DNA of 63,364 nucleotides, filler included, from Collodictyon triciliatum (taxonomy: Eukaryota), in NCBI GenBank assembly GCA_043381765.1. It is 10 parts of 10 records of this genome, joined end to end, with 100 filler letters (N's around TTAATTAATTAA, not from the genome) between each part and the next. Parts side by side here need not be neighbours in the genome. Positions count along the whole stretch, not along the records: positions 1 to 6,329 come from JBHJMP010004537.1; positions 6,430 to 12,761 come from JBHJMP010004538.1; positions 12,862 to 19,188 come from JBHJMP010004539.1; 7 more parts are not named here. The stretch is one strand, 5' to 3'. A program made the position numbers and the translations under genes. How positions within the stretch are numbered: position 1 is the first letter of the stretch; every line of letters starts with the position of its first letter. Below the pieces are notes generated by a model. The model made no database searches. It saw nothing but the letters and a program-made list of their open reading frames with translations, and had not been told where the DNA came from. Positions 1 to 16,867 of the stretch are shown here, in pieces.

Positions 1-61
1 CTGAAACGAAGAGCGCAGCTCACAACTCAAAGCTAGCATTGTATTTGTTTATCGGTTTATC

Positions 62-170
62 TGTTTCTTTGTTTCTTTGTTTCTTTGTTTCTTTGTTTCT
101 TTGTTTCTTTGTTTCTTTGTTTCTTTGTTTCTTTGTTTCTTTGTTTCTTTGTTTCTTTGTTTCTTTGTTT
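62..170. repeat. (TGTTTCTT)n 8-bp tandem repeat
   Basis: Directly visible perfect tandem array. Confidence 0.95.
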
Positions 171-867
171 CATGTGAATATTGCCGTAATCGTGGTGCTT
201 TTCCTAGAGTTATTATACCAGTATAGTATATTGTAAAAATAATGAATAGAAAGTCACATGTCTCTGTGATTTTGCAGTCAAATATTTCGACTATCCCATG
301 AATATTCAAGGTAGCGATGTACCCATTATTGTCTGGGTTTCGATTTAGGACCAGTGTTTTAAAAAAAAAATGTGTGCTACTATCAGTAATTTGGCTTCCA
401 GGAGATAGGGATATGTCAAATGAACGGTTTTTATTTTCCCTTTCGAGTTTTACAAGGACGAATATTTTTATTAGTTTAGGGTTGATATGGAGATACCTGA
501 CGTGAAACATCCATCAGAGAACTGGTATTTTGAGTTCACTTCTATTTGGAAGGACACGCTGGTATGTCTTTGCTCATTATCACAAAACCTGTATGCCACA
601 GCCTGCATATGTATGAGTAAGACGACTTCTTGCATATGCCTTCTTTTGTATGAAAATTTAAGAAATATTCAGATATAAATGGTCAGTTTTTGTGGTTTGG
701 TGTGGTTCGATTGCATGAAGAGTACGTATCCATTTTGGTGAAGGACAAATAGAGTGGAGTCAGATGCGAGTCTATCGTCTGTTAATCCAAGATAATATTG
801 ATATGCATCTTGATTTAATATGGATATGCGAAGCACTAATTTGATCCCTCAAAAAAATTATGAAACG

Positions 868-923
868 GAATACTGCTTAAGTTTTTTTTCCTTTATTCGA
901 TTCAAAGAATACTGCTTAAGTTT
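868..923 (-). mobile_element. Micro-retroposon copy 1 (CTTTGAATCGAATAAAGG-A8) with 17-bp target-site duplication
   Basis: gaatactgcttaagttt occurs at 868-884 and 907-923, flanking ttttttttcctttattcgattcaaa(g). Confidence 0.85.
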
Positions 924-2136
924 AATGGTGGAAAATATTTGTGCACTTCATTTTCAATTAAGAATACATTTTGGCCTCAGCAGGTGATAAAATAGCGTCG
1001 GAGATATGTCCGTGTTTATATCCTTCAAATGGTGTGATTAAACTTTCTTCTTTTTATCATAGTGATAGTATTATGTTGAAATAAGGATTTCTTAATTGAA
1101 ATATAAAGGCGTATATTTTAATCTTTTTATTTTTACCCTGAATTTTGAATCATCAGCCCACTTGACAAGGACAGGTGCCTCCATTAAAGAAATTTTATCA
1201 CGTTCTGCGTATTGATTAATAGAGTTGACCTAATAATTTCCCTTTTACGTTAAGAGATGCCTAGGTGCTCTTTCATTTGCCAATATTTTAGATAGTTTTT
1301 TCTCCTAAAAAGGGAGGACATCTATACTTCATGAGTAACGAATTGGCATAAAGGTCTTTGAGAAAAACATACTTCGTTCTTTTCCCATATGGACAACAGT
1401 CCATCCTGGTCTGCAATAAACAATCTAAAAAAAAAATTGATAATATTATTCGTATTATGTTTTGAGGCACCGTTAGGTGTAGACCATACGAAATGAAGAA
1501 GCGAAAAGACAAACCTCGAATTTACTGACTTTGTGCTGAAATCCATAAACTTTATTGGCTTTTCATGGCTTGTTATGTAAAATGATGATACATTTGGGTA
1601 TTCCGGGTGAGTAAGAAACAAAATTTGGATAACTGATCGTTCAGGAGGAAAACCTCTATAAAGAAGATAAAGTCGTGATGTTAGAACTCGGTCCCTTTTC
1701 TTTAATTACTATATTGATAGCATGTCTTTTCATAGAGCTCACTGATTTGTTGTTCGCAATAAAAAAAAAATGTTGATAAATCTCGTGAACTTTGGATTGA
1801 TTTGTGTATATTTGTGTATTTTCATTTAGGTTTTATCTATTCAGTGTTATCACGCGCAAAAAAAAAAATTAATAGATGTATATCATATGGTGATGTTACT
1901 TTAAAATATGACGACCAAATAAAATAAAATATGTTTAAGTGACCTTGCCGAAATTGGGACATGGAAAGGTTGGATCGTTGCCAAAACTCCGGTATGAGAC
2001 CACACACACGAGCTGCAAGTGTTTGGATTATTGTCAACAAAAATCACTTAATCAAATACGAACAGATGGGATTTTTTTATTATAAAAAAAAAAGAAGTAA
2101 AGGAATAAAAATAGATACATAATAAGAGGGGAAATG

Positions 2137-2138
<2 letters not shown>

Positions 2139-2196
<58 letters not shown>

Positions 2197-2294
2197 GTAA
2201 TAGTAATAATAATAATAATAGTAATAGTAATAGTAATAGTAATAGTAATAGTAATAGTAATAGTAATAGTAATAGTAATAATAATAATAATAAT
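2139..2294. repeat. (AAT)n/(AATAGT)n microsatellite
   Basis: Directly visible. Confidence 0.95.
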
Positions 2295-3004
2295 GACGGA
2301 GCAGCATAGAAGGAAAGTGCTTGAAGTTAGTTTTCCTTCCTCTGTATAACTCGCTCAATGACCAAGAATTAAGGATAAAAGAGGCAGAAAGGCTGACTTG
2401 ATTTTGTAGTAAGGAGCCGTGCACCATGAGAATACCTGGAAAGTGGTATTCTGTCCACAAGCCACTGGACTTGGAGGGACTGAAGGGACTCTGAAGACCT
2501 TGGTTTGAAGGTGAGAATGGAGGTCACCGAGGGGCGACTTTTTGAGTCCTCATTACTCTCTGCTTCCATCTAAAAAGTGAGCATAAGTGCGATGATTATC
2601 AGAGACAGATAGAAGAGAGGGAGAATAAGCCTGAGGTGGGGAAGAAAAGAAAAAGGCACTGCTGATCAATTTGCAGAACTGACTCCCCAAACAACTCCAG
2701 CACCCAAGCAAGGATGGCGCAGAATCACCGCATGCCGTTGTGATCTTATAATTTCCACAATCAATATGATATCGCCAATATGCATCTCCAGAAATGGAAT
2801 AACACAAAGTGAGGGCGCACATGGTAGATGATATCAGATATGGATGCGGATCAGTTTACAATACAGACGCATTAGATTGGCGATGGGGAGTGGGAAAAGG
2901 ACACGAAAAGAAAAGAACAAAACAAGACAGGACATGACATGACATGAAACTATATAGAGAAACGACATGGGGGGAAAGGACAGGAGAGAAGAGAGCAATG
3001 CCGG

Positions 3005-3704
3005 TTAGTTGAGGAGACGGCGGATGTCCATGAGGCGGTGGACCCTATCGGCACAGTGCTCGGGCAAAGGCGCGGGCGGAGACAAAGTCTGCTCAGCCGC
3101 CGGGTGTGTGTGTGCGTGTGCGTGTGCGTGTGCGTGTGCGCTGTCGGCCTGGGGGCGCAGCCTGCGGATCTTCTTGATCCAGCGGGAGCGGCACTGGATG
3201 TCCGTGCGTCCCGGGATGTGCAGCGCGATTTGTCGCCAGCACGACTCGCCGAAGCGCCCAACCAGCTGCATCAGGAGCGCATCCTCCGCCTCGGACCACT
3301 GGCCCTTGACGATGTCGGGGCTGCATGTGGAGGGCGCCATGCGCGGGTGGGTGAATGAGTGATTGAGTGGGTGTGTGTATGTGTGTATGTGTGTCTGCTT
3401 GTCTTGCTTCGGTTGCCCCTAAATGCGCATTGGACCGTCCATCCCTCACGCAGCGGCGACGAGGGCAAGAAAGCAGGAAGGAAAGAATGCAGGCAGAATG
3501 CGGGAGGGGAAGGCACCTGAGTGCGCGGTACCAGCGCTGGCAGCATTGGTCGGCAGTTCGGTGGCCGACGATCCCGGCGATCCTGTGCCAGCCGCGCGTG
3601 CCCACCAGCGCCACGCCGTGCACCAGCCGCGCATCCTCCTCGCTGCTCCACAAACGGCACTTTTGCCGCCCGCCGCTTCTGCCTGTGGCGGCTGCTGCGG
3701 CCAT
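3005..3704 (-). CDS. Two-repeat (R2R3-type) Myb transcription factor, paralog A; exons 3517-3704 and 3005-3320
   Basis: WSSEEDARL...W.RIA..VGHRTADQCCQRWYRAL|SPDIVKGQWSEAEDALL...W.QIALHIPGRTDIQCRSRW; the GT-AG phase-2 intron restores the frame (167 aa). Confidence 0.9.
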
Positions 3705-4664
3705 GGTGGGTCGACTGGGCCTGTTCCTTCGGGCGGCTGCTCTGCTGCGCGTACTCGCCTGTCGCTGGTTGGGCGGCGTGATTGTTAGCATCGCAGCCGG
3801 TGTGTTTGCTGTGCTTCGTGTATTTTGCTGCGTGTCTCGGTTTCACCCGGCGCAACCGCGGGCTACTGTTGCACCCATGGAACCCGCCCTGCCTGTCCTC
3901 TTGCGTGGCGGGCTGTCGAAGGGGGCTACAATGGTATTTGGTGCGCTGTGCTTGGCTGCTGCCATTGAGCCGCTGGGGCGAGTGCCTTATATGCCTGCAT
4001 GGTCGTTTTTGGTGGGAAAAGTGCGTTTGTCCGAAAGTGGATCTTGAAACAAACCACATATAGGCCCGGATTTACATAACGTTCGAATAAAAAACCCATA
4101 CTGGGGTATATCCTCCGTGGAACGGCTCTGGCGAGTATTCCATCTATGGAGAGTTCCACGAATGTGTCCGAAAATTCCAAATTGGAAATTCCACAAAAGT
4201 CGACTCATTTGGACTGTGTTAGGAAGGAACGTTCAATCTGTCTCGCTTGAATGTATCGTATATAGAGTACAGTATATCTTTGTTCTGGAATTCGCACTCA
4301 GGGTGGAGATGAGGTCTCTTTGCTCGCCACCCTAAACTTTCCAAGCCAGCACGCCGAGGCAGGAGTCACACAGAGACCAGCAAGTGTCCCATGCAACACA
4401 ACCCCGGGAGTCTTGCGATAGATGCGGTAGGGGCCTCTTGGCTCAGCACTAAAGATAGCTGTGCATCTGTGTCTAGACGCCACTACATTTATTGAAGCAA
4501 AAGGCAGACGCCTGGGTGCCTCGTATGTCACAAAGGGGGAAGGGATAGTCTAAGGGAGAAGAGCCGGGAGAGTAGAGGAGGAGTGGAGGAAGGTGGGGCT
4601 TCTGCTCCCGGGGGCCGAGAGGCAGCGGTCTACATATGGGATGAAAGGGCGGGGACCCGCGGGG

Positions 4665-5272
4665 CTATGGGGAGGGGTTGAGGAGGAAGGAGAGGGCCAT
4701 CTTGTGGGGGCCGCTGGGGGCAGGGGGGAGGGCGAGGGCGCGGGCGCGGGGGGAGGGTGCGGGCGGGCAGAAGAGGCCGTGCTTGATGGCGCGCCTGCGG
4801 ACGGTCTTGAGCCAGCGGGAGCGGCACTGGATGTCGGTGCGGCCGTCGATGCCGCGCGCAATCACCTGCCAGGCGCCCTCCCCATGCTCGCCGATGCGCT
4901 GGATCAGCACGCGGTCCTCCTCGGGTGCCCAGTGGCCCTTGCGGATGTCTGGGCTGTGTGCGTGTGCGTGGTTGTCAGTGGGTGAGCGAGCGAGCGAGCG
5001 GGCGGTTCGGTCTGGGGTGTGTGGGCAAGGTGGGCACAGGTGCTTCGGAGAATGGCGGCGGTTCATTACCTGAGCGCTCGCAGCCAGCGCTGGCAGCATT
5101 GGTCCCCGGTCCGGTGCCTGAGCAGCTGCGAGACCTTCTTCCACGAGCGTGTGCCGAAGCGATCCACGGCCCGTGCGAGCAGCTCATCCTCCTGTGCCGT
5201 CCACACCCGCGGCCTCTGCCGCTCTTTGTTGAGCTGGAAGCTGTCCACAAACGGCTGCATCTCCTGCTTCCA

Positions 5273-5310
<38 letters not shown>

Positions 5311-5383
5311 TTCCTGTTGCTGCTGCTGTTGTCGATATTGGTATTGATATTGTTGCTGCTGCTCCTGTGCTGCTCTGTGCCAT
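4665..5383 (-). CDS. Two-repeat (R2R3-type) Myb transcription factor, paralog B; exons 5070-5383 and 4665-4953
   Basis: WTAQEDELL...WKKVSQLLRHRTGDQCCQRWLRAL|SPDIRKGHWAPEEDRVL...GRTDIQCRSRW; intron at the same position and phase as paralog A. Confidence 0.9.
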
Positions 5384-6033
5384 GCTTTTGCTGTTGCCGT
5401 GTGCGATGTTTTCTTTCGTCTAGTCTGACGACCTGGTGTGGTTCCTCGCCTGTGTGCTTGGCTTGCTGTCCGATGCTCGCTTGAGTGTGCTACTGTGCTG
5501 TGTGTGTGAGGAAGTTGGGTTGAGGGCAGACTCGCGGAATTACTGAATACTCACCTTCGCGCACTGATGGTTTATCTCCGGCTTTTTGTACCGGTGCTCA
5601 TAGGCTTTTCGGGCTATCTCCCATTGTGGTCTTCCATATATGTCTATAACCTGAGAGTATTTTTGTCCCCGTGATGTGGAGACACTGATATTCATAGAAT
5701 TGTCTCTTATATGTAAATAACTGATTTTAAAAGTAGACGCAAAAGGATACTCGTCACTTGTTTATTTCCATTTAAGTCTATAGTAATAACCATAAATGGT
5801 TAAAATATATAGCTCTATAAGGCTATACTGATATGGCTATAAGAAAATAGGCATATAAGTTTATTATTTTATGCACAAAGAAGGTGCTGTTCTGTGAATA
5901 CATGTATCTGGGTGCATTCAACTTTTTGATATAGTATAATAATTGTAATTAAAGAAATTAAATATTTATTATTTGATCTCGCCTGATGGCTTGATGCATT
6001 TTATGAATTAATTTCCACAAATATATGATATGT

Positions 6034-6096
6034 TGATTATGTATGGCAATTTTTTTTTCCTTTATTCGATTCAAAGTGTGATTATGTATGGCAATT
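6034..6096 (-). mobile_element. Micro-retroposon copy 2 with 18-bp target-site duplication
   Basis: tgattatgtatggcaatt at 6034-6051 and 6079-6096 flanks tttttttcctttattcgattcaaagtg. Confidence 0.85.
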
Positions 6097-6329
6097 AATT
6101 TCATATCAAATTGTGTATATATGTGTATTTCATACTCGCATGTTATATTAAAACAACAATTTAATTAATTTCCACATTCATATTTTGATGACTTTGATGG
6201 TTCCTTGCGCCAACACACAATTTAATGGCAAACACCTAGAGGACAAAGACAGCGGGAATATCGCAAAAAAGAAAAAAGAAAAAAGAAAAAAGAAAAAAGA
6301 AAAAAGAAAAAAGAAAAAAGAAAAAAGAA

Positions 6330-6429
6330 NNNNNNNNNNNNNNNNNNNNNNNNNNNNNNNNNNNNNNNNNNNNTTAATTAATTAANNNNNNNNNNNNNNN
6401 NNNNNNNNNNNNNNNNNNNNNNNNNNNNN
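6330..6429. other. Artificial contig linker (N44-TTAATTAATTAA-N44), repeated at eight further joins
   Basis: Identical 100-nt spacer carrying stops in all six frames, recurring roughly every 6.4 kb. Confidence 0.97.
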
Positions 6430-6430
6430 C

Positions 6431-6522
<92 letters not shown>

Positions 6523-6535
6523 AAAAAAAAACCAC

Positions 6536-7215
6536 CTGATTTCCTTGGTTATTCGACCGATTTCAGACGACATTTGCGTCATAGTGTCAGACATGAATCG
6601 ATTCAAGCCACTCCTACAAAGGTATATTTATGATTGTCAATCAAACACCAAATGAAAAATATTATTATTTCCATGTACGGAGTCTCAAAAAGAACGCACT
6701 CGGGTTATACCACTCTTAAAAAAATACAGCATCTTGAAAAAAAAAATACTAGATTGAGTGCATTATTTTTTTTTTATTATGTTCACTAATATTGAAGAAA
6801 AGGATGAATGGGAATGTAAAAGAATGATTGCTCAAACCCAAATGAATCCATCGTATTACGTAAGCTATCCATACGCGGGGTGCTCGCAGGTGGTCGACGC
6901 ATTCGAGGGAAACTCTCCTCGGCAGGAAGTGCGACGGGTTGTATATCATCTGGGTGTAGTTTTCAGAACAAGGAGAAAAAAAAAACACCACAAACAAGTT
7001 GCGTTAGATTACCTACGAGCCTTTTTTTTTTTTTTTGACATTTTATAGAGTAAAATAATATAAAATATATCAGCATAAATAGCAACGTAATAGTCAAAAT
7101 AGAAAAGAAAAAAAAGAGAAAAAAGAAAAAGAAAAAAGAAAAAGAAAAGAGTGGAAAGGAAAAGAGAAGGAATAAAATCCCTTAAGTCATCAGTCTTACT
7201 GAAATACTGCTCCAT
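6536..7215 (-). CDS. Fragmentary multi-exon hypothetical gene, divergent from TAF4, 3' truncated
   Basis: Short AG..GT-bounded open segments (SGLNRFMSDTMTQMSSEIGRITKEI; DDIQPVALPAEESFPRMRRPP); no family recognised. Confidence 0.3.
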
Positions 7216-7639
7216 TCTGAGACCAGCCTGGCTATGACCGCTGTCGGCAGGCGCTATTCCGGGGCAAGCAAAACTATCATAAACCCAGAGTCTTCAGCAA
7301 GTATCTCGCTGTGTGCGAATGAGAGAAAACGTAGACAGGACGCCCACACAGCCTGTCAGAACACATCAGGCACATGGCCAACGGCACAGATTGCTTTTGC
7401 GCTCGAAAACATCCACCAGAGATCGCCGGCGCCGCCGTGTCTAAATGTGGAAACCATACCAAAAGCACAAAATCACAAAAACAAAAAAGCGAGCTTAACA
7501 AACCAAACAAACCAAACAAACCAAGTAAAAAGAATCTCAAGCCATTTTTTCTCCTCCTCTTACAACCTTCCGCCAACTTGGAGCACTGAGAGTATTCTTG
7601 GTGCGCCCCTCCGTTCTTTTTCTTTGCAGCCGAGCCGGA

Positions 7640-11095
<3,456 letters not shown>

Positions 11096-11610
11096 TCATC
11101 CTCAAACTTTTCATTTCAACTTTTCGATTCATTTGCTTTTTTATAAAATGAGAGGAAGAGAAAAAAAAAAGGGGAAATAATAGTAGTATTTGATATCACC
11201 TAAATATACAAGTCTGCAAACAGGTAAAAATAAAAATAGCTGGAAATAAAAAAAATAATGTAACACTATATATATATATATATTGAGGAAAGAAGGAAAA
11301 CAATTACTCAAGAGTATAAAGACCATAAATTTTATCGGCAATGGCGGCGTGTTTTTCGATAACAAATACGCTTCATATATACTAATGTTTTATCTCCCCG
11401 TTTCTAGCTTCATCTCCACGCAACAAGCAAATTATTTTTTTGGCCCGGATGGGTTGCCTTGGATGAGACGATATGGGAGAAATGGAGGGATAAAACAGAA
11501 AAAACTTACTGACAAAATCTTAAATTGTTTTCAGTAATCATGCAAGGATTGGCTCAAATACATTAAGGAGAGATAGCAAGAGAAATGTGATGTATCAGAT
11601 ACGTCAAATT

Positions 11611-12585
11611 ACCTTGATATCGACTTAAGTGTTCTGACAACTCATCTAGAAAACTACTCAACGACGAAAGGGTACAATATTCGATACGAACTCTGACATT
11701 TTGACCTAGTGAAAAGAAAGAAAAAGAAAGTAACAAGAGACTGTTATTAGAAGATGGTGATAGAATCAAAATGATGGCAATGAATGCAAATATTACTATG
11801 ATAGTATTGATGATTAAACAAAAGACGAATCACGAATTAAGCTGAAAAAAAAAAAGTCAAATTCGATAGTATGATATCTTACTAATGGGAGTAGTAGGAG
11901 GATTAGACGTGCTTACATGCTGATCAGCTCCGAACGATTCTTTGGGGAGTTAAAGGTTTATTTTAAACATGAAAGAAGATTTATGTGGGATTCTGGGACA
12001 TGGAAGTAATAGAGTGCGTAATGAATTATAATTTTTTTTTTCACAACAGGGGATTATTACTTGCAACCAATAGGCATCTATAAATCGAGTTTGTGTACAT
12101 AGAGTTGATTCGCTCAGCCAAGTAAGAACTGATTGCCCTATAAAACCAACAAATAAAAATTCATATTGATAATATAAATCACGTTCGACAAATATCGTTT
12201 CGAGCCATTCGCACTCTCATCTATTTTAAAATGCATTTGCTCGCAGCCTCCTACTAAAAAAAAAAAAAGAGAGAGAGAAGGTCTTTTTATGAGATGGATG
12301 GGATAGTTGTGCAAGGGGGATAAAGAAACTTGCATAGATGCCCCAATCGGCGAGTTAGGTAACACAACAAGATCTCCGTGGGCATATGTTATCTATACAA
12401 AAGTATATTTACTCATCCATTCATTCATGACAACTAAGCAGCATTTATATTTCTATTTACGTATCCACATATATTTCAAATTAATTATTATTATTATTAT
12501 TCACCATCGGATTTGACATCTTCAATTTTTTTAATGGTTCTGAGTCGGATATTCCATCTCCGGGATAGCCAGATCTTTTGCTACA
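11611..12585 (-). CDS. Multi-exon hypothetical gene fragment
   Basis: Several short AG..GT-bounded open segments (e.g. QNVRVRIEYCTLSSLSSFLDELSEHLSRYQ; ITYAHGDLVVLPNSPIGASMQ); no family recognised, boundaries approximate. Confidence 0.35.
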
Positions 12586-13394
12586 AACAGAAGAACCAGA
12601 AAATAAAATAAAAATAGGATAGATCGGGTAGAATTCTTGTTGGGGATTTCGGTTGTTGTTGTTGTTTTGTTATGGTTTTTTTTTTTTTAAAAAAAAAAAA
12701 AAGCACTTTGGAATAAACTTTAATGGCATATTACCGAATGTCGTGCAGGGTCGAAACATTTNNNNNNNNNNNNNNNNNNNNNNNNNNNNNNNNNNNNNNN
12801 NNNNNTTAATTAATTAANNNNNNNNNNNNNNNNNNNNNNNNNNNNNNNNNNNNNNNNNNNNGTCGTCCATTATTAATGTATTTATTTGTATATATTTCAG
12901 GAGAATCCAGAATGGACTGTTTTCCGCAAAGATTCTCGCTTCTTCAGAGACACTCTCTCGCGCATATAACCCATATTGCACGCACCGCAACTGACAGATA
13001 AAACCGCTTTGCAGACACACAAGCAATATACATGTTTTGTTTTGTTTTGTTTTGTTTTGTTTTGTTTTGTGATTTTATTGCTGCTGCCAACCGGGATTAC
13101 TGTGATGAGTTGTGTCGATTTCATCATTTCGCCACAGAGCAAACAAAATTGCATTTGGGGACGGATTCTAATCAAAAAAATGAGTTTATCAATCTGCCTT
13201 TCTACCGTTCTCTTCGCTGTTGTCTATGTCTTTCGTTCTCTTTGTTTTTGTTTTTGTTTAATAGAGAAGCCAACGAAAATAACACCCCAGAGATGCAAGG
13301 GGCAGAGCAGCCCAAACAAACCAACACGCTTAGTATGCACAAAGACACTTCTCATTCTCAATCCCATCAGAGCAGGCCGCTAGAAAAGAAAACG

Positions 13395-13553
13395 ATGGGC
13401 CGAAGCGCAAAAGCCACGCGGGTGCAGAGTCACGAGAAGCAAAAGAAGATCAAAAAGAAAGGCACCGCTGCGATTCTCAAGACTCACAAGCGCCAAAAAG
13501 CCGTGGAGAAAAAGAAAGAGGCTGTCCGCAAGGAGAAGCAAACGTCTCAGTAG
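13395..13553 (+). CDS. Small basic 52-aa protein (MGRSAK...)
   Basis: ATG-to-TAG ORF, Lys-rich, coding-like composition relative to its AT-rich flanks. Confidence 0.5.
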   Translation: MGRSAKATRVQSHEKQKKIKKKGTAAILKTHKRQKAVEKKKEAVRKEKQTSQ

Positions 13554-14212
13554 TCGCCTTTGCCTGCTGAATCTTTTCGTCCAGGCGGCTGCTTCGTGGC
13601 TTTTTGGGTGCCCTTACTCGCCTTTTTGCAAACAATAAACAAGCAAAGGGTGAACAAAAACCCAAAGAAAGTCGGGTGGACTTCTTAAAAGAAAGGTGGT
13701 GCAGAAGGAGAAAAACTACAGTTTGCGCAACAGCCGAGGAACATGGAGCAGGCAAGAACAACCCGTTTGCAGAGGTGATAGGAAGGAGGAGAGAAAGAAA
13801 AAATAAGGGCAATATCGGGCCAGAGATGTTAAAGAAGGAGCTCTTTTTTTCACCTTATTTTCCTCTTTTTCATGTCATTCAGTTCTTTCTGACATACATG
13901 AATAATATTTGTTTTCTTTTTTCAACAGCATAAATGGTGGCTTTGTTTGCTTATCACGGCTTTTAATTGCCATCGCTTACTCCGTAGACAGTCCTAGTTT
14001 CATTCACATTTACTCGACTCCTATAATGCGGCGTTTAATGCGTGCTCCGTTTGTCTTAAACATAACTCTTCACTATTTGTCGATTTTTTTTTTTTTGGAA
14101 ATAAGTCCCACAATATCACCGAGAGTAAAGGTTGTTCTTTTTATACACACAACCATGTTTGAGAGAGCTTAATGTAAAAGAAAGGGTCTTGGGATTCATC
14201 GTGATTGGATTC

Positions 14213-15834
14213 TTACTTTTTTGCCTGATTTTGCAACGGGTTTTGTGATTGACTATGTGATTGGTTCTGTGATTGGTTCTGTGATTGGTTCTGTGATTGG
14301 TTTTGTGATTGTGATTGTGATTGGAAAAAGGCTAACAGATGCGGGGATAATGCGTATGGCATTGATTGCTGCTGAGTTTGATTCAGATGCGCAGCCACAG
14401 CAGACAACGCAGCGACTCTGCTCGATGTAGCAGTTGTGCTCCAGTTTGACTGAATATTCGGCAAAGGTGTAGCCGGTTTCGCTTTTGACGGAGACGGATT
14501 TAAGGAAGGAATGCTCTCGGCTGGATTTGACAGGGATGATGGGCCTGTACTTAAATGCTGGTCGTTTCTGGTCTGAGTGTTCAGATTCTCAATATGTTGA
14601 GATTGTATATCCTGTGAAGAAAAGTGTTGTGCGAGGAGACCAGGCGTTGAGGGCGGATTAACAAAAGGCAACTGTGGGGATGTGTGCCATCCCTTGGAGT
14701 CGCTGGGAGATGCGACAGGTAATGAGCTGAGCGTATTAAGGCTCGGTTGCACGAATGCTGCAGATGATGTATGTGTTGGCATGCTGTTGTTTGGATTTAC
14801 AATCAAAGCTGACTGAGTGGAATTCAAGGAGGCAGAATATTGCGGTGATAGCATCATATTAGACGTGGGGGTTGTGGGGTTCGCAAAAGGCGTGATAACC
14901 AAGCGGAGGTATGAAAGTTGTTCCTTCAGAAGTTGATTTTCGGCCATCAGAGTGTTGACTCTTGTCTGCATGTCGCTATTGATGGATGAGAGCTCGGAAG
15001 TTTTCTTCTCGAGTTCCTCGACATAGTTTTTTTTGCGGATGCGTGATTGTTGTGCCGATTCACGATTCTTCATCAACCTAGCGTATTTTCTTTTTATCGT
15101 CTGTCACCGCGTTTGTGTTTTAACTTGGATTAACGTAGATTAAAAAAAAGCATAAAAGGCCAATAATAAAACTGTGGATTGGGGAATATTAATTATCTGT
15201 AGTGATTCATCACGGTTGGGTGTGGTAAGTTAAACAAAATTAATTATACTTAGTATGTTTCTAATCTTCAATATTTATTAGTAAATCAAGAAACAGAATA
15301 AATGCCGCTACACTTTTGAAATAAAATGCTTCAAATTTGAGCCCAAATTGGTATAATCGATGACATCGTCATTCAAACAGAAATTGAAAGATGAATTCAC
15401 TTATATTGCAAGGATACCCACCTTCTTAACTTCCTATTGCCTTCATCAGGGAGCGAAGGCCGAGAACTCTCGTTTGCCTCATCTACTTCGTCTTCATCAT
15501 CCTCATCCTCGTCCTCATCGTCACTCGATACAACCCTTGCATAGACGTATTACTCAGATATACACCAGTGACACGTGTACTATTAAAAAAAAATGCGCAA
15601 AAGGAAGGATAGACTTGGGGGATAAGTGCACGACGACAAAGTGGGTAAATCAGCTAACGCACGCATTACCCAAAGAAACAAAATCATGGATTGAAAACAC
15701 TCCAGAAAACAGAGAATCGCCAGCCATGGAACCCACAAAAAAACGGGTTTTGTCTCCATTAATCACCTTTTCGTTGATACACGCGGTGCGGATTTTCCTT
15801 GGCCTCTGCTCTTCCCTTCATCTTTTGCAGACAT
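14213..15834 (-). CDS. bZIP transcription factor; exons ~15767-15834, ~15423-15535, 14213-15077; start uncertain
   Basis: RKLRRLMKNRESAQQSRIRKKNYVEELEKKTSELSSINSDMQTRVNTLMAENQLLKEQL basic region and zipper; acidic upstream exon; S/P/Q-rich tail. Confidence 0.9.
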
Positions 15835-16867
15835 CACTGATTGCAGCCGGAAAACTTGCGCGCTGCCCGCCACCTGCTCGTGATTCGTGTTCGGCCTCAG
15901 CGTATTTGTATTCCAGTGTTTCATATATTGCGCCGATTGTGGAAGCACTGCGGACTCTTTTATTTGTGCACGCGATAATTTCTTCCCAGTCACCTTTCAT
16001 GGTATACGTTTTCTTGCGTCACGATGAAAAATAAAGTCTATTCCCTCTCAAACAAAAAAAAAAAAGAAGGAATTGCTGGCGAAAACGATGTGCATTGCCT
16101 AACATCACTGTTCTGTGAAAAGCACACTTGTAGATAATGTGTTGCAAGAAAGATATTTTAACAGGAGTTGTTTGGAAAGAATGCAATAAAAGAACGAATA
16201 GCATGAATTTCTATTGGGCGTGTCGCTTGGATGTCTTTCAGAAAGGCAAACCTTATCCTTTGGCTCGCTCATCCGCCCGGCGCTTGAGACAAGAGCTGCT
16301 TCGCCTCCGCTTTGCCTGTTCTTCGGCCTTGAGTTTGTTTCGGTTTGATGCGTTTTGATTCGGCTTGATTCATTTCGTTTTTTTTCTCCCTCTTTTTTGT
16401 GGCTTTGCTGGCGCCAGCCGATGCCACGTAATACAACGACGGAGTGACAGCAGCCGAACCCGTCACCAACGCTAATATCCAGATATGCATTTTCGACGAC
16501 TTTTAAGTTCTTTGGGATCCTCCAAATAAAGTATGTATAAATGAGGAGCAACAAAATTGGAGTTTGTTCGCTATAAACCTACTGTAAATGGCATGGAAAA
16601 TAAATGTCTAATGCGGAAAATATAGCATATATGTTATCATTCTTCCATTTTGCGCCAAAACAGATATTTGGATCAAGATATAAGCTGCAACATGTAAATC
16701 TGTACAATTGAGATATTAACATCGCGTGAGTAAGATATATCAGATAACTTTTCCTTGCAGTTGCCGATTTCGCATCTTTTTATGCACATTTGAATGATAT
16801 TCATAAGGCACGGCTCTCTTTCTCTTTCTCTTTTAAGAGGACGGAGGTTGAGATACCGTCAATACCA

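Noticed and set aside
2950-5484. Many overlapping ORFs on both strands around the Myb genes
   Set aside because: Shadow ORFs of GC-rich sequence; the spliced minus-strand Myb models explain the region.
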